Positions 9,156 through 17,518 of a stretch of 64,000 nucleotides of DNA are shown piece by piece (positions within the stretch are counted from its first letter, which is position 1; each line of letters starts with the position of its first letter). The translations under genes were made by a program, and so were the position numbers. The stretch is from a candidate division WOR-3 bacterium (GTDB lineage: Bacteria > Hydrothermota > Tepidihabitantia > Tepidihabitantales > Tepidihabitantaceae), in NCBI GenBank assembly GCA_013177935.1, contig JABLXZ010000004.1, positions 340,059-404,058 of the forward strand, in the 5' to 3' direction. The notes beneath the pieces are model-generated. The model searched no databases. It worked only from the letters and a program-made list of their open reading frames with translations, and was not told where the DNA came from.

Positions 9156-9881
9156 CTAAAACCCCCTTCCCACGGTTAAACCGAAAACAGCCTGGAACGC
9201 CTCACCCCCGGCACTGCGTAAAACCCGGTCCGGCACAACGCTCAACTCAAGAAACGGTTTGATATCAAGCAATCCTTTTAATGAGTAGTTGAGCCCTGCT
9301 CCAAACTCAATTACATTCAACGCCCAGCGTGCTACCCCGTAATTTATCTCGTTGAACTGTGGTGAACCCCAGCCGCCTGCGAGGGAAAATTCTGGTGCTA
9401 ACCCCCACCCGATTTCCCGGGAAAAAGCACCTCCGACTGTCCCGAAATAACCACCTGCAGAAGGGAAAACCCCAAGATTGTGACCGCTCGTCAACTCAAA
9501 ATCAGCCAGCCCATAAGCGACATTGAGTCCCAGTTCCAGTTCTGGTTTTGTCCAATCATCAGCATAAAAATACCCGGCAGCCGAAGGTTCAAGGGAAAAT
9601 CCCAAAATCTCCTGTTGATAACTGACCGTCAGGTCCAGTTCATTCAAACCCCAGCCATCACCATTCTGTCCCAGTGTGATGTTTGCCCAGGGAGATATCG
9701 TCCAGCCCGCAAAAGAAGCCCAGACCGCAGGTTGCGCCACCGGACCCTGACTCAACCTTAACCCGCGCCACACATAGCACGAACGACCCGACAGTTCTAA
9801 CCCGGATTCAAATGGCAGCCCTGAAACAAAAACCGGAACTAAGGCAAGAAAAACAGCGAACCGCTCCCCGACCTTCGCCAT
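9156..9881 (-). CDS. Putative outer-membrane beta-barrel protein (signal peptide, C-terminal Phe), first gene of the TCS operon
   Basis: N-terminal signal-like FAVFLALVPVFVSG; alternating Gly/aromatic-rich strands; ends ...TVGRGF; directly abuts the HK gene (9155/9156). Confidence 0.45.
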   Translation of the reverse strand: MAKVGERFAVFLALVPVFVSGLPFESGLELSGRSCYVWRGLRLSQGPVAQPAVWASFAGWTISPWANITLGQNGDGWGLNELDLTVSYQQEILGFSLEPSAAGYFYADDWTKPELELGLNVAYGLADFELTSGHNLGVFPSAGGYFGTVGGAFSREIGWGLAPEFSLAGGWGSPQFNEINYGVARWALNVIEFGAGLNYSLKGLLDIKPFLELSVVPDRVLRSAGGEAFQAVFGLTVGRGF

Positions 9882-9996
9882 ATCCCTCCTTTTTTATAAT
9901 TATACCGAACAAAACCCTTTTTGACAAGATTAGCCCAATAGTCACGCTGTATTGACTCCCATAACTCCTGACTTATAATCAGTCAGGAGGTCAGAA

Positions 9997-11478
9997 ATGA
10001 AACACCTGTTCTTTTATTCCGGGATAATCGTCTCAGTGTTGCTCGGCACCGGTACCGCAACCACTAAAATTGACACCATCGGCACTACCGGTGTTGACGC
10101 CCAGAACTACGGTCCAATCTGGCAACGCATCGTTTATCTGCCCAACAGCGGGATTTACACCGCCTGGGTCAAAACCGGAATGTTTGCCAGTTATTACAGT
10201 TTCGCCACCAACACCTGGTCCGGTGAAGTTGAAGTATTCGGCTCCCAGCGCAACGCCAGCGGCAACCTTGATGTACCGGAAAACACCGCCTCCCCATACT
10301 ACCGCAGCACCTTCATATCCAGTTTTATCAACCGGGACCCGCGCTGGCCCATATTCGCCGTGGAGAGTGTTCCTGGCTCCACCAATTTTATTATGCGCCA
10401 ACCCGACTCAAACCTGATGGGTTGCTCGCGCGCACCCATCGCCTTTACCGCCAATAACTGGTTCCATCTGCTGTGCGTTGACCCCACAACTCAGGACACC
10501 TTGCTCTATTCCCGCTCGAGCGATTACGGTGTTACCTGGACAAAACCGGTATCTATCTGTAACGGGCTCCTGCCTGCTAATCCCACCTACAACATCGCCG
10601 CATCAGAAAACTCTTCACGCATCGCCGCGGTCTGGACCAATGAAGACTCTACCGCACTGTGGCTCAACATCTCCGAAGACGGTGGTACCACCTGGTCCGG
10701 TGCCCGCAACATCTTTCCGCCCCCAACAACTATTACCAACCCGAAACCGGGCAAGTTCGGTGCCTATGCTCAGTTTGACCCTGCAGACCGGCTGAACATC
10801 GTAACTCAGGTGTGGAACGGCACCAACCAAACTCCAGCAGAAATCTGGCACTGGCAGGAGAACAGGAACCCACAATGGACACTTGTTTATCGCTTTGCCC
10901 CCTCATCGGTTATTGCGCCTCCGGAACCCGGCGAACCGTTTGTGATAAGACCGAGTATCGGTTTTAGAGCAAGCGACGCATCACTCTTTGTTCTCTGGCT
11001 CAATTACGACTCCTTAAACTACGAACCCCAGACCCAGCTCGCCCGCGCTGACCTGTTCATCGCCCAATCCCAGAACAACGGCATCAACTGGAGCCGACCC
11101 TATCGTTTGACCGGACCGGACGAACATTCCCGACTTTCCCCCGGCATTGCACCAAAGGTTGACGACTCTATCTTCATCATCACCGTTGTCGACCAGATTG
11201 CCGGTGTCTATGAGCAGGGGCACGGACCCCAGACCATTAACCCGGTTTGTGTTCTACGCGTACCTGTATCTGACCTGCCCGGTGTTGAAGAAAAAATACC
11301 CAGCCGGTTGAATTACCAATCCCGAACAACCATCTATCAGATTTCAGGATTCCACCTCCTGCCCCGGACAAAACTGTACTCCGCTACCGGCAGGCAAATT
11401 GAAAAACCAACCCGTACTGGCATCTACTTCCTGCGTCAGAACGACCAAACCACGGGTAAGGTGGTGCTCCTTCCGTAA
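9997..11478 (+). CDS. Secreted BNR/Asp-box repeat (sialidase-like beta-propeller) protein with T9SS C-terminal sorting domain
   Basis: Signal peptide MKHLFFYSGIIVSVLLGTGTA; Asp-boxes SSDYGVTW, SEDGGTTW and SQNNGINW; C-terminus ...TGIYFLRQNDQTTGKVVLLP is T9SS CTD-like. Confidence 0.6.
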   Translation: MKHLFFYSGIIVSVLLGTGTATTKIDTIGTTGVDAQNYGPIWQRIVYLPNSGIYTAWVKTGMFASYYSFATNTWSGEVEVFGSQRNASGNLDVPENTASPYYRSTFISSFINRDPRWPIFAVESVPGSTNFIMRQPDSNLMGCSRAPIAFTANNWFHLLCVDPTTQDTLLYSRSSDYGVTWTKPVSICNGLLPANPTYNIAASENSSRIAAVWTNEDSTALWLNISEDGGTTWSGARNIFPPPTTITNPKPGKFGAYAQFDPADRLNIVTQVWNGTNQTPAEIWHWQENRNPQWTLVYRFAPSSVIAPPEPGEPFVIRPSIGFRASDASLFVLWLNYDSLNYEPQTQLARADLFIAQSQNNGINWSRPYRLTGPDEHSRLSPGIAPKVDDSIFIITVVDQIAGVYEQGHGPQTINPVCVLRVPVSDLPGVEEKIPSRLNYQSRTTIYQISGFHLLPRTKLYSATGRQIEKPTRTGIYFLRQNDQTTGKVVLLP

Positions 11479-12906
11479 ATGGTTATCCTTTTTCTCCTGC
11501 TACCCGTTCAGATTTTCGTTGACACGATTGGCTGGACCGACCGCGACCGCCAGTTCCTCTTTCCCGCGGTACGCTACCTTGTTTACGACACCATGCACGG
11601 TATCTCCGCCGTTTACAAATCGGGCTATGGTGAAATCCGCTATAACTTTAGACCCCGCGGCAGCACCTGGCATTTCCCTTCTGGTGTCCTTGTCAACCCA
11701 TACCCGCGCAATCTGGGCTGTCTTGAATACAACGCCCGCAATGGCAGGACATTCATCTCCACCGACTATCTGAATCGGGGCCGACGCACCATCGCCAACT
11801 TTATTGACTCGGCACCGGGCGCGGCAACTTTTCAGGAAGGAGTGATTACCACCAATGCCGAGTTTCCCCTGGTTGCTGCCAGCCGCTACGGCTATCCGAA
11901 ATTTGCCGCCATCAGAAACGACACCCTCTTTTACTTAAGCGCCTGGTCCAGTTATCGTGTTGGTCATATTGGTCCTTTTCCCCGGCACAACATCATCGCC
12001 TCCAAAAACTCCTCCCGGCTTGGGTTCGTCTGGGCTGATGACCACGGCAACTTAAACCTGCGCGAAACCCCCGACAATGGCAGCACCTGGTATCCGCGCC
12101 GCCTAATCAGCGACAGCGTTCCCTCTGCCTGTAACCGTTCCCTTTTTGGTGCCCAGGCAACTTACGACTCAATTCGTATCCACATCGTCGCCGACCTTTA
12201 CGACGGTCAAAACCGGGGCAGGGTGCAACTCTGGCACTACTCTCCTTCTGACACACCACCCTGGCACTTTATCTACGAATTCAACTTTCCCGACACAACA
12301 AAACTTGGACGCTACACCGCTGCTCTGTGCCGGCCCAGTATCGGTATCGACCGCAGTTTAGGCAACTCCAGCCTTAATCAACTTTATGTTATCTGGGAAC
12401 AGTTCGACCCCGAAAACATCGACCCGCACACCGGCATCGCCCGCGCCGACATCTGGGCATCTTATTCATCCGATAACGGCAAAACCTGGACTGTGCCCAT
12501 CCGTCTTACTGTCCCCGACTCAACATCAAAACGCTTCCCCTTCCTTGCCGAACTGGTTGACGACACCCTGCATATCATCTACTTTGCCGACCGGATAGCC
12601 GGCTGCTGGGAACTGGAAGAGGGTGAATCAACCTTAAACCCAGTGGTTTATCTGCAGGTTCCCGCCGGCATCTTTAAAGAACAGTCCATAAATCAACCAC
12701 CATCACCCCCTGTTTTTTACCCTACGCGCCCAACAATCGCCACCATCCCGGCAACCAGCCCGAACAACCTTGTAATCTACGACCCGCTCGGCAGAAAAAT
12801 AAGTACAGGCAATTCGCTACCCCTGATTAAAAACCTGCCCGCGGGCATCTACTTCATCGGCTCCGAAAACGCCGCCCCAATCCACAAAATCGTTAAAATT
12901 CGCTAA
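11479..12906 (+). CDS. Paralogous BNR/Asp-box repeat protein with T9SS C-terminal domain
   Basis: Asp-boxes TPDNGSTW and SSDNGKTW; C-terminus ...LPAGIYFIGSENAAPIHKIVKIR; abuts the previous gene. Confidence 0.55.
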   Translation: MVILFLLLPVQIFVDTIGWTDRDRQFLFPAVRYLVYDTMHGISAVYKSGYGEIRYNFRPRGSTWHFPSGVLVNPYPRNLGCLEYNARNGRTFISTDYLNRGRRTIANFIDSAPGAATFQEGVITTNAEFPLVAASRYGYPKFAAIRNDTLFYLSAWSSYRVGHIGPFPRHNIIASKNSSRLGFVWADDHGNLNLRETPDNGSTWYPRRLISDSVPSACNRSLFGAQATYDSIRIHIVADLYDGQNRGRVQLWHYSPSDTPPWHFIYEFNFPDTTKLGRYTAALCRPSIGIDRSLGNSSLNQLYVIWEQFDPENIDPHTGIARADIWASYSSDNGKTWTVPIRLTVPDSTSKRFPFLAELVDDTLHIIYFADRIAGCWELEEGESTLNPVVYLQVPAGIFKEQSINQPPSPPVFYPTRPTIATIPATSPNNLVIYDPLGRKISTGNSLPLIKNLPAGIYFIGSENAAPIHKIVKIR

Positions 12907-12956
12907 CTTTGTAATGACACATCGCCCTTACCATTGCACTCTCAGTTTCTCTATTT

Positions 12957-12985
12957 CTTGACACCTCCACAGTCTCTTATTATCC
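12957..12985 (+). promoter_or_regulatory. sigma70-like promoter of rpmB (TTGACA-17-TATCCT)
   Basis: The 16-mer TTCTTGACACCTCCAC is identical to the pepP promoter -35 region at 54878; RBS AGGAGG follows. Confidence 0.35.
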
Positions 12986-13010
12986 TTTTGAAAACTAAAT
13001 AGGAGGACAC

Positions 13011-13199
13011 TTGGCAAAGCATTGTGAAATATGTGGAAAAGTTGCAATTGTTGGCTCAAACATCAGCCACGCCCATAATGTCACTAAAAGACGCTGGGAG
13101 CCGAACCTTCAGCGGGTTCGCATCAAAGAAGGTACCGCAACCCGGCGCATCTGGGTCTGTACCCGGTGTTTGCGCTCCGGCAAGGTGCAAAAGGCTTGA
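13011..13199 (+). CDS. rpmB: 50S ribosomal protein L28
   Basis: MAKHCEICGKVAIVGSNISHAHNVTKRRWEPNLQ... is the canonical L28 pattern; 62 aa; alternative start codon. Confidence 0.85.
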   Translation: MAKHCEICGKVAIVGSNISHAHNVTKRRWEPNLQRVRIKEGTATRRIWVCTRCLRSGKVQKA

Positions 13200-13365
13200 T
13201 GCCGTTAAACGGACTTCTTGGTCTGGTGTGCCGGTTGACACACTCTGTCCGGTTAAAGGTGTTGCCGACAACTCACACCTGCGACCGTTCGCCCTTCCCA
13301 TTTCTCACTACCCATTCAGCACCCAACAATCTTTCTTCTCCCTTGACGGCGTTACCTCATACTTT

Positions 13366-13404
13366 TTCCCCTCCCTTGAAGGGAAGGCAAAAGGGGGAGG
13401 GTGT
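13366..13404. repeat. 39-bp dispersed element, copy 1 (TTCCCCTCCCTTGAAGGGAAGGCAAAAGGGGGAGGGTGT), internally self-complementary
   Basis: About 80% identical to 16391-16429; it contains CCCTCCC...GGGAGGG arms. Confidence 0.55.
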
Positions 13405-13457
13405 TCTCACCACCCTTGCAGCGCAACCCCGAAACGCACCAACAAAAAGGAGGCTAA

Positions 13458-14411
13458 TTGAACTGTTTAATTACTGGTATTACCGGCTTTGCCGGCAGCC
13501 ATCTGGCTGAATATCTTTTAAGTTTAGGTTCCTGCGAGGTCCACGGAACTATCCGCTGGCGCTCGCGTACCGAAAACATTGAACACCTGAAAGGGAAAAT
13601 CCACCTCCACGACTGTGACCTGCGCGATTCCGGCTCGATTTACCGTTTAATCGCCGATTTGAAACCCGACCGCATCTACCACCTTGCCGCCCAGAGTTAT
13701 GTTCCGATGTCCTGGATTGCACCCCAGGAGACCTTCGTCACCAATGTCATCGGTCAATTGAACATCTTGGAAGCGGTCCGCGCCACCGGCTGCTCCTGCC
13801 GGATTCACATTGCCGGCTCCAGCGAAGAGTACGGTCTGGTTCTGCCCGATGAAACACCAATCAAGGAGACCAATCCTCTGCGCCCCCTTTCCCCTTATGC
13901 AGTGAGTAAAGTGGCTCAGGATTTGATGGGCTACCAGTACCATCAGAGTTACAAGATGCACATCATCCGCACCCGGGGCTTTAACCACACTGGACCAAGA
14001 CGGGGCGTGGTTTTCGTCACATCCAACTTTGCCCGCCAGATTGTTGAAATTGAGAAAGGCAAAAGGGAACCGGTGCTCTATGTTGGTAACCTTGAAGCGG
14101 TTCGGGATTTCACCGATGTTCGAGATACGGTTCGCGCCTACTATCTGATTCTCGAAAAAGGGGTTCCGGGTGAAGTTTACAATGTGGCATCAGGCAGGGG
14201 CTACAAAATTCGCCAGGTCCTTGAAATCCTGCAGAGCCTTTCCACCGCAAAATTTCAGGTTAAACAGGACCCGAACCGGCTCCGGCCCAGTGATGTGGAA
14301 CTCTTAATTGGCGACCCTACAAAGTTAAAGAAGGCGACCGGCTGGGAGCCACAGTACCAGTTTGAACAGACCTTAAAAGACCTGCTCGACTACTGGCGGG
14401 AGCGGGTGTGA
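13458..14411 (+). CDS. gmd: GDP-mannose 4,6-dehydratase-like extended SDR (Gmd family)
   Basis: LITGITGFAGSHLAEYLL (Rossmann), SPYAVSKVAQD (YxxxK), RGFNHTGPRRG and LLIGDPTKLKKATGW parallel the Gmd motifs; TTG start with an AAGGAGG RBS. Confidence 0.55.
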   Translation: MNCLITGITGFAGSHLAEYLLSLGSCEVHGTIRWRSRTENIEHLKGKIHLHDCDLRDSGSIYRLIADLKPDRIYHLAAQSYVPMSWIAPQETFVTNVIGQLNILEAVRATGCSCRIHIAGSSEEYGLVLPDETPIKETNPLRPLSPYAVSKVAQDLMGYQYHQSYKMHIIRTRGFNHTGPRRGVVFVTSNFARQIVEIEKGKREPVLYVGNLEAVRDFTDVRDTVRAYYLILEKGVPGEVYNVASGRGYKIRQVLEILQSLSTAKFQVKQDPNRLRPSDVELLIGDPTKLKKATGWEPQYQFEQTLKDLLDYWRERV

Positions 14412-15328
14412 GGGTCTTTGTCACCGGGATTGAAGGGTTTGTTGGCGCTCATCTTGCTCGCTATCTTCAAGAGCGGGGTGACGAAGTTTACGGTACCCAT
14501 TACGCATCGGTTCAAGAAGAACTGCCCGCAACACTCTTCCCCTGTGACATCAACGACTTCAACGCCATAAAAAGGGCGCTGGAAGAAAGCCGACCTGATT
14601 GGCTCATCCATCTTGCCGGCATCTCATCGGTTGCCGAAGCAGAAAAAAACCCCATACCCACCTACCAGGTCAACACTCTGGGCACCTTAAAACTGCTCAT
14701 TGCTGTGCATCAGCTGATGCTGCCCTGCCGGATTCTCTTAATCTCATCGGCTGATGTTTATGGCAGAGGCGACAAACCCCATTCCGAAACCGACCCACTT
14801 CAACCCCTTACCGCCTATGCCCGGAGCAAATACCTTGCCGAAGAGATTGCCCGGCTCTATTACCAGACCTGGGATATGGACATCGTTATCCTTCGGCCTT
14901 TCAGCCACACCGGTCCGGGTCAGGCAGACCGGTTTGTCTTTGCCCGGGTTGCCAGCCACATCGCTAAGGTTGAGCAGGGCAAAGCCCCACCGATTCTTGA
15001 AATGGGCGACCTCGAAGTCCGCCGCGACTACACCGATGTCCGGGACATCGTCCGTGCTTATATATTCGCGCTGGAAAACTGCCCTGCTGGTGAAACCTAC
15101 AATGTCACATCAGGCAGACCGGTACGGTTGCGGGATGGTGTGGAAATCCTTTTGCGCCTTGCCCGCAAGAATATTGAAATCAGGCAGGGGGTTATTGAGA
15201 AAAGGCCCTATGACATCCCGTTCCTTTCGGGCAACCCCGAAAAGTTTCATCGGGCAACCGGCTGGACCGCGCAAATCCCATTGGAAAAAACCCTCTCCGA
15301 CCTGCTTGAATACTACCGCAGCCGTTGA
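14408..15328 (+). CDS. GDP-4-keto-6-deoxy-D-mannose reductase-like (Rmd/NAD-dependent epimerase family)
   Basis: VFVTGIEGFVGAHLARYL, ISSADVYG, YARSKYLAE, LRPFSHTGPGQ and DYTDVRDIVRAY closely parallel Rmd; 4-nt overlap with the upstream gene. Confidence 0.5.
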   Translation: MRVFVTGIEGFVGAHLARYLQERGDEVYGTHYASVQEELPATLFPCDINDFNAIKRALEESRPDWLIHLAGISSVAEAEKNPIPTYQVNTLGTLKLLIAVHQLMLPCRILLISSADVYGRGDKPHSETDPLQPLTAYARSKYLAEEIARLYYQTWDMDIVILRPFSHTGPGQADRFVFARVASHIAKVEQGKAPPILEMGDLEVRRDYTDVRDIVRAYIFALENCPAGETYNVTSGRPVRLRDGVEILLRLARKNIEIRQGVIEKRPYDIPFLSGNPEKFHRATGWTAQIPLEKTLSDLLEYYRSR

Positions 15329-16197
15329 AACTGTCAGTCATCATCGTCACCTACAACAGCGAATCGGACATCAAGCCCTGCCTTGATGCGCTTATTGCAT
15401 CTCAGCCTGCGGCGGAAGTCATCGTAATTGACAACCTCTCGCAGGACAAAACCCGGGAAATTTTGCAATCTTTTTCTAATATCAAAACCATCCTCAACCC
15501 CAAAAATGTCGGCTATGCCCGCGCCAACAACCAGGGCATCGCCATCGCGCAGGGCGAATACATCCTGCTGCTCAACCCGGACACCGAAGTCCAGCCCGAT
15601 GCGCTTCAACAACTCGTTGACCACCTTGACCGCAACCCGGAATGTGCCGCGGTGGCGCCCCGCCTTTTAAACCCGGACGGCTCCCAGCAACTGTCAATCC
15701 GAGCCTTTCCCACCTTCTCTTCGGTCTTGCTGGAGATGACCAGTCTTCCCCGCCTTTTTCCCCGCTGCCCGCGCCTTAATGCCTGGCGCCTGCGTCACTT
15801 TGACTACGAAAAACCCGGACCGGTAGAGCAACCGATGGCATCCTGCCTTTTAATCCGGCGTTCGGTCCTTATAGAACTGGGCGGGTTCGACGAAAAGTTC
15901 CCCATCTACTACAACGATGTTGACATCATGTACCGGATGGCGCGCAAAGGCTATCAGACCTATTACCTGCCATCCGCCCGGGTTTTTCACAAAATTGGCG
16001 GTAGCACAAACACAATAAAATCAAAAATGATTTACGAAAACCATCGCTCCCTTTTCCGCTTTTTGAAAAAACACACCCCGAAAACCCGCTTCTTGTTTCA
16101 GGCGATTATCCTTTTACCCCTACTCGAAATCTCTGCCCTGATTCGTGCCCTTTACTGGCACCTGCGCGGGTACGCTGGCGACGATAAACAACAATAA
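15325..16197 (+). CDS. Glycosyltransferase family 2 (rhamnosyltransferase-like)
   Basis: LSVIIVTYNSESDI...VIVIDNLSQDKT...LLLNPDTEV and the DxD region; 290 aa. Confidence 0.75.
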   Translation: MKLSVIIVTYNSESDIKPCLDALIASQPAAEVIVIDNLSQDKTREILQSFSNIKTILNPKNVGYARANNQGIAIAQGEYILLLNPDTEVQPDALQQLVDHLDRNPECAAVAPRLLNPDGSQQLSIRAFPTFSSVLLEMTSLPRLFPRCPRLNAWRLRHFDYEKPGPVEQPMASCLLIRRSVLIELGGFDEKFPIYYNDVDIMYRMARKGYQTYYLPSARVFHKIGGSTNTIKSKMIYENHRSLFRFLKKHTPKTRFLFQAIILLPLLEISALIRALYWHLRGYAGDDKQQ

Positions 16198-16231
16198 CCG
16201 CGCAAATGTAAGGGCACTTTGCTACATACCC

Positions 16232-17518
16232 CTACGATAACCGGTCAAAATAGGCTGCCAGCCGCTTTGCCTGCAACCGCCGGTTGTAACGGTCAACCCC
16301 CATCACCCCTGATGAACTCCTCGCCTCTACGCTCCCATTTTCCTCCCTCGTTACTCCTCCCCTTTCCTTTATACCGGCACCCTTCACTCCTTCCCCGCCC
16401 TTGATGGAAGGAGACAAAGGGGAGGGTACTATCTCTCTGATTTCCCGCAGACACCTGACAAAACCCTGCCGGTCCTGACAGACCAGCCCCTGCCCCGTCG
16501 TTTTTACCATTTGCGCCGGCTCTGAATCTTCATCCGCCCAGACAACAATCGGCTTGTAACTGCCTAAATACTCGTACAGTTTCAATCCCACCGGTTGACC
16601 GGGCTTGCCCAGATACAAAAGCGCCTGCGCACCCTTCATCAGGCTTATCGCCCGCTGATGGGAGACAACACCTAAAAACTGGACCTGCGGACTGCTTTCA
16701 AACCGGTGCCTCACCTCTGCGGAAACTCCGCCCGCAATGTAGAGCCGGGCATCAGGCATCTCCCCCAAACCCTGCACAACTTCGCTCAATGTTTGTTCCT
16801 GATGCCACAGATTACCCGCATACAGGATGCTGAAACCATCAAGCGGTTCGGGCTCCACCTTAAAATCGTCCGGGTCAAACCCGTTTTCAAGAACCTCCAC
16901 CCTTTCCCCAACAAGACGGGCAGTTCCTTGATTGACCGCCAGTACCAGTTTTGCCTGATTTAATATCCGCTCTCGCAACCGCAAAAGCCTCCTCTTTTGA
17001 ACCTGGGGTGGCTCTTCAAACCCACCGGGCCAGGGGTCGCGGAAATCAGCCACAAAAGGCAGCCCGCTCCATCGGGAAAGTTTCTCACCTACTATCAACG
17101 CGGTCCAGGGTGGCGCCGATGCGAAAATCACCTGAGGCTTGAATTGGGCAATAACATTCTTACCCGTCCTGACCGCAAATGGCAACCAACCGACCTTGCT
17201 ATCCGGAAAGAAAAGACGACGGAAAACTAACTTAAAGAAGCCTGATTTGCCGGTTTTTTCTGAACCCCCCTTTATCTTTTTCACCCCAACCACTCTTAAC
17301 AACCGATTCGGGTCCAGACTTGCGGTGCGAAATACCTTCGCCTTACTTAAATCGGCAACAAGGTCCGGGTCGTAGGCATAATAGGCAACATCCTTCACCG
17401 TTAAAAGCAGAACCTCCCAGCCAAACTCGGGCAGAAACCTGGTAAGTTTTGTCACCCGCATCACACCGGAAAGCCCGAGCGGCGGTGTGTAGTAGGCGAC
17501 AAAAAGCACCCTTTTCAC
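16232..17518 (-). CDS. Glycosyltransferase family 4 with an unusual low-complexity C-terminal tail
   Basis: N-terminus MKRVLFVAYYTPPLGLSGVMRV and the EX7E-like region are GT4-like. GTG start overlaps the helicase stop (GTGA). The last ~60 aa (PSPLSPSIKGGEGVKGAGIKERGG...) are translated from the 39-bp repeat element. Confidence 0.65.
   Translation of the reverse strand: MKRVLFVAYYTPPLGLSGVMRVTKLTRFLPEFGWEVLLLTVKDVAYYAYDPDLVADLSKAKVFRTASLDPNRLLRVVGVKKIKGGSEKTGKSGFFKLVFRRLFFPDSKVGWLPFAVRTGKNVIAQFKPQVIFASAPPWTALIVGEKLSRWSGLPFVADFRDPWPGGFEEPPQVQKRRLLRLRERILNQAKLVLAVNQGTARLVGERVEVLENGFDPDDFKVEPEPLDGFSILYAGNLWHQEQTLSEVVQGLGEMPDARLYIAGGVSAEVRHRFESSPQVQFLGVVSHQRAISLMKGAQALLYLGKPGQPVGLKLYEYLGSYKPIVVWADEDSEPAQMVKTTGQGLVCQDRQGFVRCLREIREIVPSPLSPSIKGGEGVKGAGIKERGGVTREENGSVEARSSSGVMGVDRYNRRLQAKRLAAYFDRLS
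16391..16429. repeat. 39-bp dispersed element, copy 2 (TTCCCCGCCCTTGATGGAAGGAGACAAAGGGGAGGGTAC), inside the 3' end of the GT4 ORF
   Basis: Alignment with 13366-13404 shares TTCCCC.CCCTTGA.GG.AAGG...AAAGGGG.AGGGT. Confidence 0.55.

Noticed and set aside
13011-13199. Apparent frame inconsistency while hand-translating rpmB
   Set aside because: Traced to my own mis-transcription of the printed sequence; the ORF-table coordinates are self-consistent and were used.
13024-13461. 145-aa ORF overlapping rpmB in another frame
   Set aside because: rpmB has an unmistakable L28 signature; the overlapping frame is Ser/Pro/Ala-rich and continues through the 39-bp repeat element.
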